Part shown: piece by piece, positions 1 to 9,043 of the stretch
Layout: the number at the start of each line of letters is the position of its first letter
How positions within the stretch are numbered: position 1 is the first letter of the stretch
Source: an uncultured bacterium
GTDB taxonomy: Bacteria; UBA8481
Reading direction: 5' to 3'
Assembly: GCA_964499705.1 (NCBI GenBank)
Contig: CAZCME010000002.1
Span: 124,001-188,000 of the forward strand
DNA length: 64,000 nucleotides
Translations under genes and position numbers: made by a program
The notes under the pieces: generated by a model
Told to the model about the DNA's origin: nothing
Databases searched by the model: none
What the model saw: the letters and a program-made list of their open reading frames with translations, nothing else

Positions 1-975
1 GCGTTCCAGGACCGCGAGGAGCATGGCGAGGCGGTTCGGATCGATGCCCGTGGAGACGCGCCGCGGAAGGCCGAAGGCCGTCGATACGGTCAGCGCCTGG
101 AGCTCCACGATGAGCGGGCGGCGCCCTTCCATCGAGGAGACGACGGCGGAACCGGGAGCCGTGACGGTGCCTCCGGGGAGAAGAATTTCCGATGGATTGG
201 ATATCTCCCGCATGCCGGTCTCGTCCATCGCGAAGAGCCCGACCTCATCGGTCGAGCCGAAGCGATTCTTCATTCCTCGCAGCATCCGGTAGGCTCCGGA
301 CGTGTCCTGTTCGAGAATGAGAACCGCGTCGACGAGGTGCTCCAGAAGCATGGGGCCGGCGATGTCGCCCGATTTCGTGACGTGGCCGATGATGATCGTG
401 GGGATGCCGAGCTTCTTCGCGGCGCGGAGGAGGATGGCCGTGGCTTCGCGGATCTGGTTCACCGCGCCCGTTCCCGCCGACGGAGATTCGACGCGCATCG
501 TCTGGATCGAGTCCACGACGACGAGGTCGGGCCTCGCGCGCTCGATCTCCGCGACGATGTGCTCCACCGCCGCATCGGTCGTGATCGTGATCCGCTTCGC
601 GTCCGCGCTGATCCGGTCCGCGCGGAGCTTCACCTGCGCGGGCGATTCCTCCCCGGCGGCATAGAGCACATTCGTGAAGCCGCGGCAGAGCTGGAGCGCG
701 AGCGTGGATTTTCCGATGCCCGGTTCGCCGGCGAGGAGGACGACGGAGCCGCGGACGAGGCCGCCTCCGAGGACGCGGTCGAGCTCCCCGATGCCGGAGG
801 CGCGCCGGTCCGCCTGGAGCGCGTCGACGTCGGCGAGACGGATCGAGGAGCTTTTCGTGGATGAGGAGCCCCGTTCCTCGATCGTTCCCCACGCGCCGCA
901 GGAAGGGCATTGCCCCAGCCATTGAGGTTGCGCCGAGCCGCATTCCGAGCAGGCGAACGCGGGAGATTTAGCCAT
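1..975 (-). CDS. radA: DNA repair protein RadA/Sms (3' end runs off the window)
   Basis: Own translation from ATG 975: MAKSPAFACSECG..WLGQCPSCGAW zinc finger, Walker A GEPGIGKST and KNRFG motif; absent from ORF track because it has no stop in the window. Confidence 0.95.
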   Translation of the reverse strand, partial: MAKSPAFACSECGSAQPQWLGQCPSCGAWGTIEERGSSSTKSSSIRLADVDALQADRRASGIGELDRVLGGGLVRGSVVLLAGEPGIGKSTLALQLCRGFTNVLYAAGEESPAQVKLRADRISADAKRITITTDAAVEHIVAEIERARPDLVVVDSIQTMRVESPSAGTGAVNQIREATAILLRAAKKLGIPTIIIGHVTKSGDIAGPMLLEHLVDAVLILEQDTSGAYRMLRGMKNRFGSTDEVGLFAMDETGMREISNPSEILLPGGTVTAPGSAVVSSMEGRRPLIVELQALTVSTAFGLPRRVSTGIDPNRLAMLLAVLER

Positions 976-992
976 GGGCGAGACGGCTTATT

Positions 993-2264
993 CTATTTGA
1001 GCGCGCGACCGATGGTGGCCACAACCCTGGTGAGCGTCTTGTCGTCTATGACGAGCGGCGGCTGGATGCGGATCACGTTGGCGAAGACGCCGCCCGAACC
1101 GACGAGGACGCCGTTGTCGAGGCATCGCGCCTGGACATCGGATGCGAGGGCGGCAGCGGGAGTTCTCTTCCGGTCGGAAACGAGCTCGATGCCGATCATC
1201 AGCCCTTCGCCGCGGATCTCGCCGATGGCGCGGTGCTTTCGCTGCAGGACTTTCAACGCGGCCTTCAGCTTCCGGCCCTTGGTCTCCGCCTGCTTCACGA
1301 GCTTCACGCGCTGCATGTAGTTGATATTCGCCAGGGCCGCCGCAGCGGAAACGGGATTGCCGCCGAACGTGGAGAGATGCGAGCCGGGCGTGAAGGAGTC
1401 CGCGATCTCCGCGCGCGCCGTGAAGCCGCTGATGGGAAATCCCGCCGCGATGCCCTTTGCCGTCGTGACGATGTCGGGCTTGACGCCGGAGTGCTCGATG
1501 CCGAACATCCTGCCCGTGCGGCCGAACCCGGTCTGGACCTCGTCGCAGATGAAGAGGATCTTGTGCTTGTCGAGAATCTTTTTGACGATGGGAAAATATT
1601 CCTTCGGAGGCGTGACGATCCCGCCCTCGCCGAGTATGGGCTCCGCGATGAACGCCGCGACATTGCCGGAAGTGTTGTACCGGATGATGTCCTCCACCGC
1701 GTGGGCGCAGGCCATGCCGCATTTCGGATAGGTCTGCTTCAGGGGGCAGCGATAGCAGTAGGGGATAGGCGCGAAGGTGACGCCGGACGGATACGGGCCG
1801 CCGCTGTGCTTGCGCCCGCTGTTGCCGGTGATCCCGAGCGTCGCCAGGGTCCGGCCATGAAAGGATCCCTGCAGCGCGATAAATTCGTTCCTGCCCGTGA
1901 AATGCTTGGCCAGGCGCATCGCGCCCTCGATTGCTTCCGCTCCGGAATTTCCGAAGAATGTCTTCTGCATTTTTTCGCCGGGAACGATCTCCGCCATTTT
2001 CTCCGCGAGATCCGCGATGGGCTTGTTGTAGTACACGTACGAGCAGCAGTGGACGAGCTTGTCGATCTGCGCTTTCGCCGCGGCGATCACCTCATCGTTG
2101 CCGTGACCCGAGTTGGCGACGGAAATACCCGCGAAACAGTCGATGAATTCCCGTCCGGATTCGTCCGTGTAGGTGAAGCCTTTGGCTTTCTCGACGACGA
2201 CCGGCTGGAGCTTTTTAACAAAGGAGAGAATGACATGCTTCTCATACTTTTCTTTCGTATTCAT
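993..2264 (-). CDS. Class III PLP-dependent aminotransferase (GABA/acetylornithine aminotransferase family)
   Basis: NSGAEAIEGA, SFHGRT, AFIAEPILGEGG, DEVQTGFGRTG, TTAKG (PLP Lys), STFGGNP. Confidence 0.92.
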   Translation of the reverse strand: MNTKEKYEKHVILSFVKKLQPVVVEKAKGFTYTDESGREFIDCFAGISVANSGHGNDEVIAAAKAQIDKLVHCCSYVYYNKPIADLAEKMAEIVPGEKMQKTFFGNSGAEAIEGAMRLAKHFTGRNEFIALQGSFHGRTLATLGITGNSGRKHSGGPYPSGVTFAPIPYCYRCPLKQTYPKCGMACAHAVEDIIRYNTSGNVAAFIAEPILGEGGIVTPPKEYFPIVKKILDKHKILFICDEVQTGFGRTGRMFGIEHSGVKPDIVTTAKGIAAGFPISGFTARAEIADSFTPGSHLSTFGGNPVSAAAALANINYMQRVKLVKQAETKGRKLKAALKVLQRKHRAIGEIRGEGLMIGIELVSDRKRTPAAALASDVQARCLDNGVLVGSGGVFANVIRIQPPLVIDDKTLTRVVATIGRALK

Positions 2265-2276
2265 GAGCGGATATTA

Positions 2277-2401
2277 AGGGGACATTCTCCAACATTGCAA
2301 CATTGAAAATAATGGATTTGCAAGGACCGCAATCTCGCGAGAGCGGATAAAAAGTCGTAAGTGCCCTGTTCTGAATGTTGCAATGTGGGAGAATGTCCCC
2401 T
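2277..2401. repeat. 28-bp inverted repeat pair (2277-2304 / 2374-2401) bracketing a divergent intergenic region
   Basis: AGGGGACATTCTCCAACATTGCAACATT versus reverse complement of AATGTTGCAATGTGGGAGAATGTCCCCT: 1 mismatch. Confidence 0.9.
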
Positions 2402-2413
2402 ATCGTTAACTCC

Positions 2414-3265
2414 ATGAAAATCATCCTATCCTTTCTTTTCACGGTGGTTATGTCTGTTCCGGTTCTGGCCCAGGACTCGACGATTGTCGTCGTCCTTTCG
2501 AATGATGATTCGGTGCCGATCGGCGCGCAGTTTTATGAAGGAGATCGCATCAAATCGACCGAGGGGATGGAGCTGACATTGCCGGATGGAAGCGACGTGG
2601 AGCTGGAGAAGAATACGGAGGTGCGCGTAACCATCATGCGCCCGCACCTCTCGGCTCCCGTGACGAAGATCCAATTGCTGCGCGGAAGCCTGCGCGCTCA
2701 GGTGGTGCCTCGCCGCAATCAGACTTTCCAGGTGACGACTCCGGTTGCCGTCGCCGGAGTTCGCGGAACGGACTTTTCGGTGGAATACACCGTGCCGGCT
2801 TCCGCGACGTCAACGGGCGACAACGGCGAAATCTCGGATGTGGATGTCTACGACGGCACCGTCGACGTGACGCAGTCCTCCACGAGCACGACGGAGGCGG
2901 TCGCCACGGGATCGGGCGCGACCGTGGGCCGTCGCAAGCTGCTGCGCCGCTCGGTTTCGGAAGAACGGCGGGAGCAGTGGGAGAACAGGCGGGAAGCGAT
3001 CATCGAGGCGTTGAAGCGTCGATGGAAGATCGAGAAGGACGAGGACCTGGCGGCGAAGATCAAGGAAAAGCTGAAGCACCTATCGCCGGAGCGGCGGGAA
3101 GCGATCCAGAACCGGTTCAAGACCAACCTTCAAAAGCATCGGGAACAGATTGAGAAGCGGCACAACCGACGGGAAGTGCGGCGCGACAATTTCCAGGAAA
3201 AAAGAGAGACCGTCCGCGAAAATACCCGCGAGCGGAGAGAGACTCGCCGGGAAAATCGGCGGTAA
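2414..3265 (+). CDS. Secreted FecR-domain protein with Arg/Glu-rich C-terminal tail
   Basis: Signal peptide MKIILSFLF..VLA; GDRIKS, TPVAVAGVRGTDF and VDVYDGTV are FecR-family motifs; start moved to ATG 2414. Confidence 0.8.
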   Translation: MKIILSFLFTVVMSVPVLAQDSTIVVVLSNDDSVPIGAQFYEGDRIKSTEGMELTLPDGSDVELEKNTEVRVTIMRPHLSAPVTKIQLLRGSLRAQVVPRRNQTFQVTTPVAVAGVRGTDFSVEYTVPASATSTGDNGEISDVDVYDGTVDVTQSSTSTTEAVATGSGATVGRRKLLRRSVSEERREQWENRREAIIEALKRRWKIEKDEDLAAKIKEKLKHLSPERREAIQNRFKTNLQKHREQIEKRHNRREVRRDNFQEKRETVRENTRERRETRRENRR

Positions 3266-3344
3266 TCCGGCTATCGCTTCGCGCCCCACTCTACCCCGGG
3301 AGAAAAGTTTTCCCCATGCCCCTTGATCTGTTCTCATATTCGGC

Positions 3345-3373
3345 TTGCTCCACCGTTCTCACGCGGGTACGAT
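3345..3373 (+). promoter_or_regulatory. Putative sigma70 promoter for the transketolase-like gene
   Basis: TTGCTC-17 nt-TACGAT. Confidence 0.5.
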
Positions 3374-3480
3374 GCGTCGCCAAATCAGCCATGCTCGACT
3401 TTCTGACCAGTTCCATGCCCCTGTCCGCGATCCGCTCTGCCGTTCACACGCAGCTTCCTGCCTGATCGCGCGCGACCGTC

Positions 3481-5718
3481 ATGACCCAGGAATCCCGTAA
3501 CGCCGCTCTTCTCGCCGCCTCGCATTACATGCGCCCGGAAGTCGTCTCCGACGCGCTGCCGTTCCGCGTCTCGATGGCGGGCGACACGCTTTCGCCTGAA
3601 ATCAACGCCCAGTGGGACGCGCTCTCCAAGAAAGCCGCGCGCATCGCGCTCTCATCTCTCGCGTCGCTGGCGAAGATCAACGAGCTGGATCATCTCGGCG
3701 GCGGACTGGAACTCATTCAGCCTTTGCTCCTGACACTGGGTATGATCGACAATGAAAAATCCTCGTTCACGATCGAGCATGCGCACACGAGCATCGGCTG
3801 TTATTCCGTGCTCGCGGCGCTCGGCTTCCTTGACGAGACGATCGTGATCGACGAATTCCGCCGCGGGCTCGATATCGCGGGGCATGTCTCATGGCTGCCG
3901 GGCGGTTGCGAATTGAACGGAGGCCGCCTGGGCGTCATGATTCCCGCAGCCGTCGGCCAGGCGCTGGGGCTCAAGGCGCACCATGGAGACGAAGCCTTCA
4001 TGGTCTGTCACTGTGGAGACGCCGGCTGGATCTCGGGACAGGCCCTGAACGGATTCAACGTGGCCGACCTTCATCACGCTCCCATCATCTTCATCATGCA
4101 CCGGAACGGAATCCAGCTCTCCGGAGCCTGCCACGGTATCATGCCGAAAGACCCGCGACCGATCATCCGCGCCCTGGGCGTCGAGGTCCTGGAGATCGAA
4201 TCGCTGCACGATCCCGCGGAGCTGCATGCCACCATGCGACGCGCGCGGGAATTGGCCCGCGGCGGCAAGCCGTCGCTCATCTACCCGACCGGATGCCGCT
4301 CCACGAAGGACCGGAGAGTCGATCTCAGATATTTCGGCGATCGCCATGGAATTCTCCGGGAAGTCGAGACGTTCGCCGCGAAACATGAAGTCCCGATGGA
4401 TACGGAGATCTGGCTGACGGGATCCCTGATGAGTTTCCGGGATGTCGTGCCGATGATCGAATGCCTCTTTCTCGTCAACGGCCTGCCCGGAGGGGAAGCG
4501 CACCACGACGGCCACATGAAGGGTCGCGACCTGGCGACCGTTCTCGCCAATCCCATGCTTCTCGATACCGAGTCCGACATGGCCGCGCTGGCCTCTCTTC
4601 GTTCCGCGCCGCCGCGGCGCGTCGTCACGAAGGCCCGCCCCGCGCCGGGCTCCCCCAACCTCGTCCTTTCCACCACAGCGATCGGATTCATCGAGCTTCC
4701 CGCCGGGGGCAACACGGTTTCTCCCCGCGCCGGAAGCGAAGCCGCTTACGCCGCCCTGGCGAAGGAATTCCCGAAACAGATCTTCGTCGCCTCCTGCGAT
4801 CTCGATTCATCGACGAAGCTCGCGAAGACGCACAAGTTCCTGCCGAAGGGCCATCGCTTCGAGTGTTCCATCGAGGAGCAAGTCGCCGCGATCATGATGA
4901 ACGGCGTCTCCGTTTCCTCGATGAAACCGCAGCTCAACATCTTCTCCACGTTCGCCGCCTTCTTCGAGGGCATCGCCCGCGAAGGTTTCGACATGTGGCG
5001 CTACCAGAGGAACCTGACCGGAGCGAACGAAGGTTTGAACGTGACGTATCACCTCTCGCATGTCGGCGCCTGCACCGGGCGGGATCACTTTTCCGGGTGG
5101 AGCCTCGACTGGATCAACATGGCGCTCTGCTACCTGCCGTACCTCCACCGTTTCTACGCGCCCGCGGACGCGCGCGTCGCCTTCAACGCGGTCCTCGATC
5201 TTGCCGCGCACTACGGAGCCCACGTCATTGGGATCCCGCGCGATAATCTGCCGGTGCTGACGAAAGCGGATCGCGCGACACCGCTCTGGAATCCCGGCGA
5301 TGCCTGGGAAGACGTGACGCCCGCCAGAGTCCATGCCGATTCCAGGGCCGCGATCGTCGCGGTCGGAGCCCCGTCGTTTCTCGCGATCGAAGCGGCCGAT
5401 CAATCGGCCGCGGATGGAAAACCGGCCGACGTGCTCATAGTGAACAGTCTGCCGCTGCCCGGTAATTTCCTGTCCAACCTGGCGAAGACATACAAGACCG
5501 TCGTCACGATCGAAGATGGGCTCATCGGCACTCCCGAGCAGGGACTGCGAGGCTTGGCCGGAGTGGTCGCCGGCGCTCTCAGGGAGAACGTTCGATTGTC
5601 GCACATCGGCATCAGCGACCCGAGAATTGCTCCGTCCGACGGACACATGGAAGTCTGGGCGCATTTCGGGATCACGAAGGACGCCGTCGTGGAAGCGCTC
5701 CGGGGCGGTCGCGTCTGA
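3481..5718 (+). CDS. Divergent single-chain transketolase-like TPP enzyme
   Basis: DHLGGGL (cf. GHxGG), AGHVS, GGRLG, TPP motif GDAG..(N)..RNG, SCDLDSST, SIEEQ, STFAAF, GRDHFS, VVTIED. Confidence 0.8.
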   Translation: MTQESRNAALLAASHYMRPEVVSDALPFRVSMAGDTLSPEINAQWDALSKKAARIALSSLASLAKINELDHLGGGLELIQPLLLTLGMIDNEKSSFTIEHAHTSIGCYSVLAALGFLDETIVIDEFRRGLDIAGHVSWLPGGCELNGGRLGVMIPAAVGQALGLKAHHGDEAFMVCHCGDAGWISGQALNGFNVADLHHAPIIFIMHRNGIQLSGACHGIMPKDPRPIIRALGVEVLEIESLHDPAELHATMRRARELARGGKPSLIYPTGCRSTKDRRVDLRYFGDRHGILREVETFAAKHEVPMDTEIWLTGSLMSFRDVVPMIECLFLVNGLPGGEAHHDGHMKGRDLATVLANPMLLDTESDMAALASLRSAPPRRVVTKARPAPGSPNLVLSTTAIGFIELPAGGNTVSPRAGSEAAYAALAKEFPKQIFVASCDLDSSTKLAKTHKFLPKGHRFECSIEEQVAAIMMNGVSVSSMKPQLNIFSTFAAFFEGIAREGFDMWRYQRNLTGANEGLNVTYHLSHVGACTGRDHFSGWSLDWINMALCYLPYLHRFYAPADARVAFNAVLDLAAHYGAHVIGIPRDNLPVLTKADRATPLWNPGDAWEDVTPARVHADSRAAIVAVGAPSFLAIEAADQSAADGKPADVLIVNSLPLPGNFLSNLAKTYKTVVTIEDGLIGTPEQGLRGLAGVVAGALRENVRLSHIGISDPRIAPSDGHMEVWAHFGITKDAVVEALRGGRV

Positions 5719-5721
5719 ACT

Positions 5722-5745
5722 GATTTCACATTTTCATGTGAAATC
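5722..5745. terminator. Hairpin between convergent genes, possible bidirectional terminator
   Basis: GATTTCACAT-TTTC-ATGTGAAATC perfect 10-bp stem. Confidence 0.55.
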
Positions 5746-5748
5746 GAA

Positions 5749-6636
5749 TTAATCCACCTTCAATCCTATCGCGTTCCAGTTCCTCATCATCGGTTCGATC
5801 TTCGTCCTCATAATTCCAATGTCCTCGAGAATTGCCGCGTTATCTTTCAAGGACAACGCCTGACACGAGAGAGTGGAATCCGTTCCCAGCGCCAGGCTGA
5901 TTCCCATGTCGAACATTCGCATGACACGCGAAAAACTCTCGTCTCCGGGAAGAAATGCCGTCCCGATTTCGCGGTTCGAGACCGGGCAGAGGACGATGTG
6001 CGCTCCGCGTTCCGCGATGATCTTTAGATCGGACTCGGGCAGGTGCATGGCGTGCACGACCTGCATCCGGGGGCCGACGAGTCCAAGTTTGTCCAGGATC
6101 GAAAGGGGAGAGAGTCCCCGGAGCGAAGCGATGTGCGCCGCGGAAAATCCGCGCTCCAGCAGCAGATCCGCCATGGACCCGGCACCCTCGCGATAGAGCA
6201 TCATCTCCTCGCCGCTTTCTCCCGCGTGGACGGAGAGATGGAGATTTCGTCGCGCGAGAGATTCCAGAGTCGATCGCGGCACGGTATGCACGGCGTGAAT
6301 CGCGATTGAATCCGCATCCGGCGGAAGAGGAGCATCCCGCAGAAGTTCCAGGTAGTGCCGGCCCGCGATGAGCCCGCGCTTCACCGCGGAATCCACGGCG
6401 CCGTAGTCGCCGACGGCGACGATGCCTTCCGCCTTCATTTCAGCGGCTGCTTCGGCGACCGCGCGCCGCCAGTCCGGAGGCGTCTCCAGGGCCAGCACGC
6501 GCCGGACCCAGGGCAGGAAGCCGTCCCGACCCGCAACATTTCTGCAACAATGCCATTCGGTGTGAGCGTGAGCATTGACAAGGGCGGAATCGGGCCGAGC
6601 GATGTCCTGTTTGAGCTTGGTTTCCATGGAGCGCAT
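5749..6636 (-). CDS. Metal-dependent amidohydrolase (MTA/SAH or aminofutalosine deaminase-like)
   Basis: NAHAH, HAVHTV, SVHAGES, VVHAMHL, LCPVSN, LGTDS; true start about 6636 or 6627, the rest of the 741-aa ORF is antisense shadow. Confidence 0.8.
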   Translation of the reverse strand: MRSMETKLKQDIARPDSALVNAHAHTEWHCCRNVAGRDGFLPWVRRVLALETPPDWRRAVAEAAAEMKAEGIVAVGDYGAVDSAVKRGLIAGRHYLELLRDAPLPPDADSIAIHAVHTVPRSTLESLARRNLHLSVHAGESGEEMMLYREGAGSMADLLLERGFSAAHIASLRGLSPLSILDKLGLVGPRMQVVHAMHLPESDLKIIAERGAHIVLCPVSNREIGTAFLPGDESFSRVMRMFDMGISLALGTDSTLSCQALSLKDNAAILEDIGIMRTKIEPMMRNWNAIGLKVD

Positions 6637-6747
6637 GCCGATAGGAGGATAAGCTCCCGGCCCCATCGGAGCAAGCGACCCGGCTCGAAGCGGAGCCTGA
6701 GAGGTGACTGATTGCCTACTGCTGCCCGAATTATGTATGATGAGTCG

Positions 6748-8271
6748 ATGAGCGACGTCCAGGAAGAGGTCAGGAAACTCAGGGAGCGCGAGGCAAGGCT
6801 CCTGGAGATCACGGCTCTGATGTCGAGCGCGACGGACTTGAACCAGGTCCTGGACAGGATCGTCACCTGTCTCCGCTCGGTCACGTGTTCCGACGCGGGT
6901 TCTCTTTATCTCGTGGAGAACAACCAGACGCTCCGATTCACCGTCACGCAGAACGATTCGAAGGATATTCCCTTCCGCACATTCAGCTTTCCCATATCCC
7001 CGAACACGATCTCCGGCTACGTTGCGCAGACGGGCAAGCCGCTCGCCTTCGACGATGTCTACCTCCTCGACGGCTCCCAGCCCTTCACGTTCAAATCCGA
7101 TTTCGACAGGCAGATCGGCTATCGCACGAAGTCCATGCTGACCGTTCCGATGTGCAATCGCCAGCAGAAGGTCGTCGGCGTCGTACAGCTCATCAACAAG
7201 AAAATCGGCGTCGAGGAGAAAATCAAGACGCCGCTCTGCGCCGACCGCGTCGTGATTCCCTACGACGATGACGATGTCGAGTTCATGACGATCCTGTCCG
7301 CGCAGGCGGCGATCGTCATCGAACGGGCGTCGCTGTATGAGGGCATCGAACGCCTCCTGCGCGGCTTCGTGGAATCCTCCGCGAAATCGATCGAATCGCG
7401 CGACCGGACGACGTCCGGCCATTCGCAGCGCATCGCGGCCTACATGGTCGTCCTGGCGAAGCGGGTCAACAAGCAGGTGGACGGATTCTGGAAGGACGTC
7501 AAGTACACACAGGAGCAGATCCGCGAGCTCTTCTACGCGGCGATGCTGCACGACATCGGCAAGATCGGCGTGCGCGAGTACGTGCTCACCAAGGCCAACA
7601 AGCTCTCCGTCAACCGCATGGAGACTCTGCACCTGAGGATCATGCTGGAGATCATGCACGATCGATCCCGGGAAGCCGAGTGGATGGAGACCTGGGAATT
7701 CCTGAAGACCGTCAACATTCCCGGGTTCCTGGACGACGAGAAATACAATCGCCTGCTGGACATTTCCCGGCGGACCGTGCGAGACCTGCACGGTGTCGCC
7801 CGGCCGCTCCTGGATCCCATGGAGCTGGAGAATCTCGCGGTGCGCCGCGGCAACCTGACGGACTCCGAGCGCAAGGAGATCGAGAGCCACGTCGTGCATT
7901 CCTCCGAGATCCTGAAGAAGATCCCGTGGACGGATAATCTCCTGCGGGTACCCATGATCGCGGGCTCCCATCACGAGAAATTGAACGGCAAAGGATATCC
8001 GCTGGGACTGACGAAGGACGAGATCCCGTTCGAAGGCCGGATGCTGGCTGTCGCCGACGTCTTCGAGGCGCTGACGGCGATGGACCGCCCCTATAAGCCC
8101 GCGATGCCGATCCCGAAGGCCTATGAGATTCTCCGCGCCGACGCGCGAGCCGGCGGGCTCCAGCCGGAAATCGTCGAATTCTTCATCGAGCAGAAGATCG
8201 CCGACGTCATATCCGACGAATTGCGGAAATCCTTCACGTTGAACAGCGAAGAGATCCTGGCCCTGGAATAA
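6748..8271 (+). CDS. GAF + HD-GYP cyclic di-nucleotide phosphodiesterase
   Basis: GAF (SGYVA..G, TKSMLTVPM, VGVVQLINK); GHSQR, LHDIGK, HHEKLNGKGYP, DVFEALT..RPYK. Confidence 0.92.
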   Translation: MSDVQEEVRKLREREARLLEITALMSSATDLNQVLDRIVTCLRSVTCSDAGSLYLVENNQTLRFTVTQNDSKDIPFRTFSFPISPNTISGYVAQTGKPLAFDDVYLLDGSQPFTFKSDFDRQIGYRTKSMLTVPMCNRQQKVVGVVQLINKKIGVEEKIKTPLCADRVVIPYDDDDVEFMTILSAQAAIVIERASLYEGIERLLRGFVESSAKSIESRDRTTSGHSQRIAAYMVVLAKRVNKQVDGFWKDVKYTQEQIRELFYAAMLHDIGKIGVREYVLTKANKLSVNRMETLHLRIMLEIMHDRSREAEWMETWEFLKTVNIPGFLDDEKYNRLLDISRRTVRDLHGVARPLLDPMELENLAVRRGNLTDSERKEIESHVVHSSEILKKIPWTDNLLRVPMIAGSHHEKLNGKGYPLGLTKDEIPFEGRMLAVADVFEALTAMDRPYKPAMPIPKAYEILRADARAGGLQPEIVEFFIEQKIADVISDELRKSFTLNSEEILALE

Positions 8272-8283
8272 TACGAGGAGAGT

Positions 8284-8351
8284 TAATACGGGGACAGTAT
8301 ACTATTTTCCGTGAATAAATTCACGGAAAATAGTATACTGTCCCCGTATTA
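8284..8351. repeat. Perfect 33-bp-arm palindrome (REP-like / terminator) between convergent genes
   Basis: TAATACGGGGACAGTATACTATTTTCCGTGAAT-AA-exact reverse complement. Confidence 0.92.
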
Positions 8352-8359
8352 TTCCCGAT

Positions 8360-9043
8360 TTATTCCGCCAGCTTGCCCTTTTCCAGGTGATAGATCTTGT
8401 CCGAACGTGCGGCTCCGTGAGGGTCATGCGTGACCATGATGACGGTCTTGTCCAGCTCGCGCGATAGTCGGCTCAGAAGTTCCAGAACGTCATGGGCGCT
8501 GGCGGCATCGAGATTTCCCGTGGGCTCGTCGCACAGCAGGATCGTGGGATCCGTGACGATCGCCCGCGCGATGCCGACGCGTTGTTCCTGTCCGCCCGAT
8601 AGCGCCTTCGGAAGATGCTCCATCCGGTCGGCCAGTCCGACGACGCGGAGAGCGGTTTCCGCGCGGGCGCGGCGTTCGGCCGGAGACATGGGGAAGAGCA
8701 GGAGAGGCAGCTCCACATTTTCGAGCGCGGTGAGGACGGGGATGAGATTGAAGCGCTGAAAAATGAATCCGAGTCTGCGGCTCCGGAAAACCGCGAGCTC
8801 ACTCTCGTTCAGGTCGCTCACCCGGATCCGGTCGACGATGATGTCGCCCGCGGTCGGCCGATCGAGGCCGGCGATCATATTGAGGAGCGTGGTCTTGCCG
8901 CTGCCCGACGGCCCCATAAGCGATGTGAAGGCTCCGGCGGGAATATCGAGCGAAAGATCTTCCAGAACGGTGATCCGGTTTTCCCCGCGCGTGAAGACCT
9001 TGGTGAGATTGCGGACGCGAACGGCCGCACCCGAGTCGTTCAC
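8360..9043 (-). CDS. ABC transporter ATP-binding protein (LolD/MacB-like)
   Basis: [30 protein letters not shown]. Confidence 0.95.
   Translation of the reverse strand: MNDSGAAVRVRNLTKVFTRGENRITVLEDLSLDIPAGAFTSLMGPSGSGKTTLLNMIAGLDRPTAGDIIVDRIRVSDLNESELAVFRSRRLGFIFQRFNLIPVLTALENVELPLLLFPMSPAERRARAETALRVVGLADRMEHLPKALSGGQEQRVGIARAIVTDPTILLCDEPTGNLDAASAHDVLELLSRLSRELDKTVIMVTHDPHGAARSDKIYHLEKGKLAE

Noticed and set aside
2277-2401. Autonomous IS element
   Set aside because: Only ~70 bp between the inverted repeats, no transposase and no clear target-site duplication; kept as a repeat/promoter feature
3391-3465. 24-codon ORF in frame with the transketolase, ending in TGA (leader peptide or Sec read-through)
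   Set aside because: No SD, attenuator, biased codon run or SECIS-like hairpin that I can support; likely chance
6637-7974. N-terminal 445 aa of the 741-aa minus-strand ORF
   Set aside because: Antisense shadow of the HD-GYP gene; amidohydrolase motifs start only below 6636
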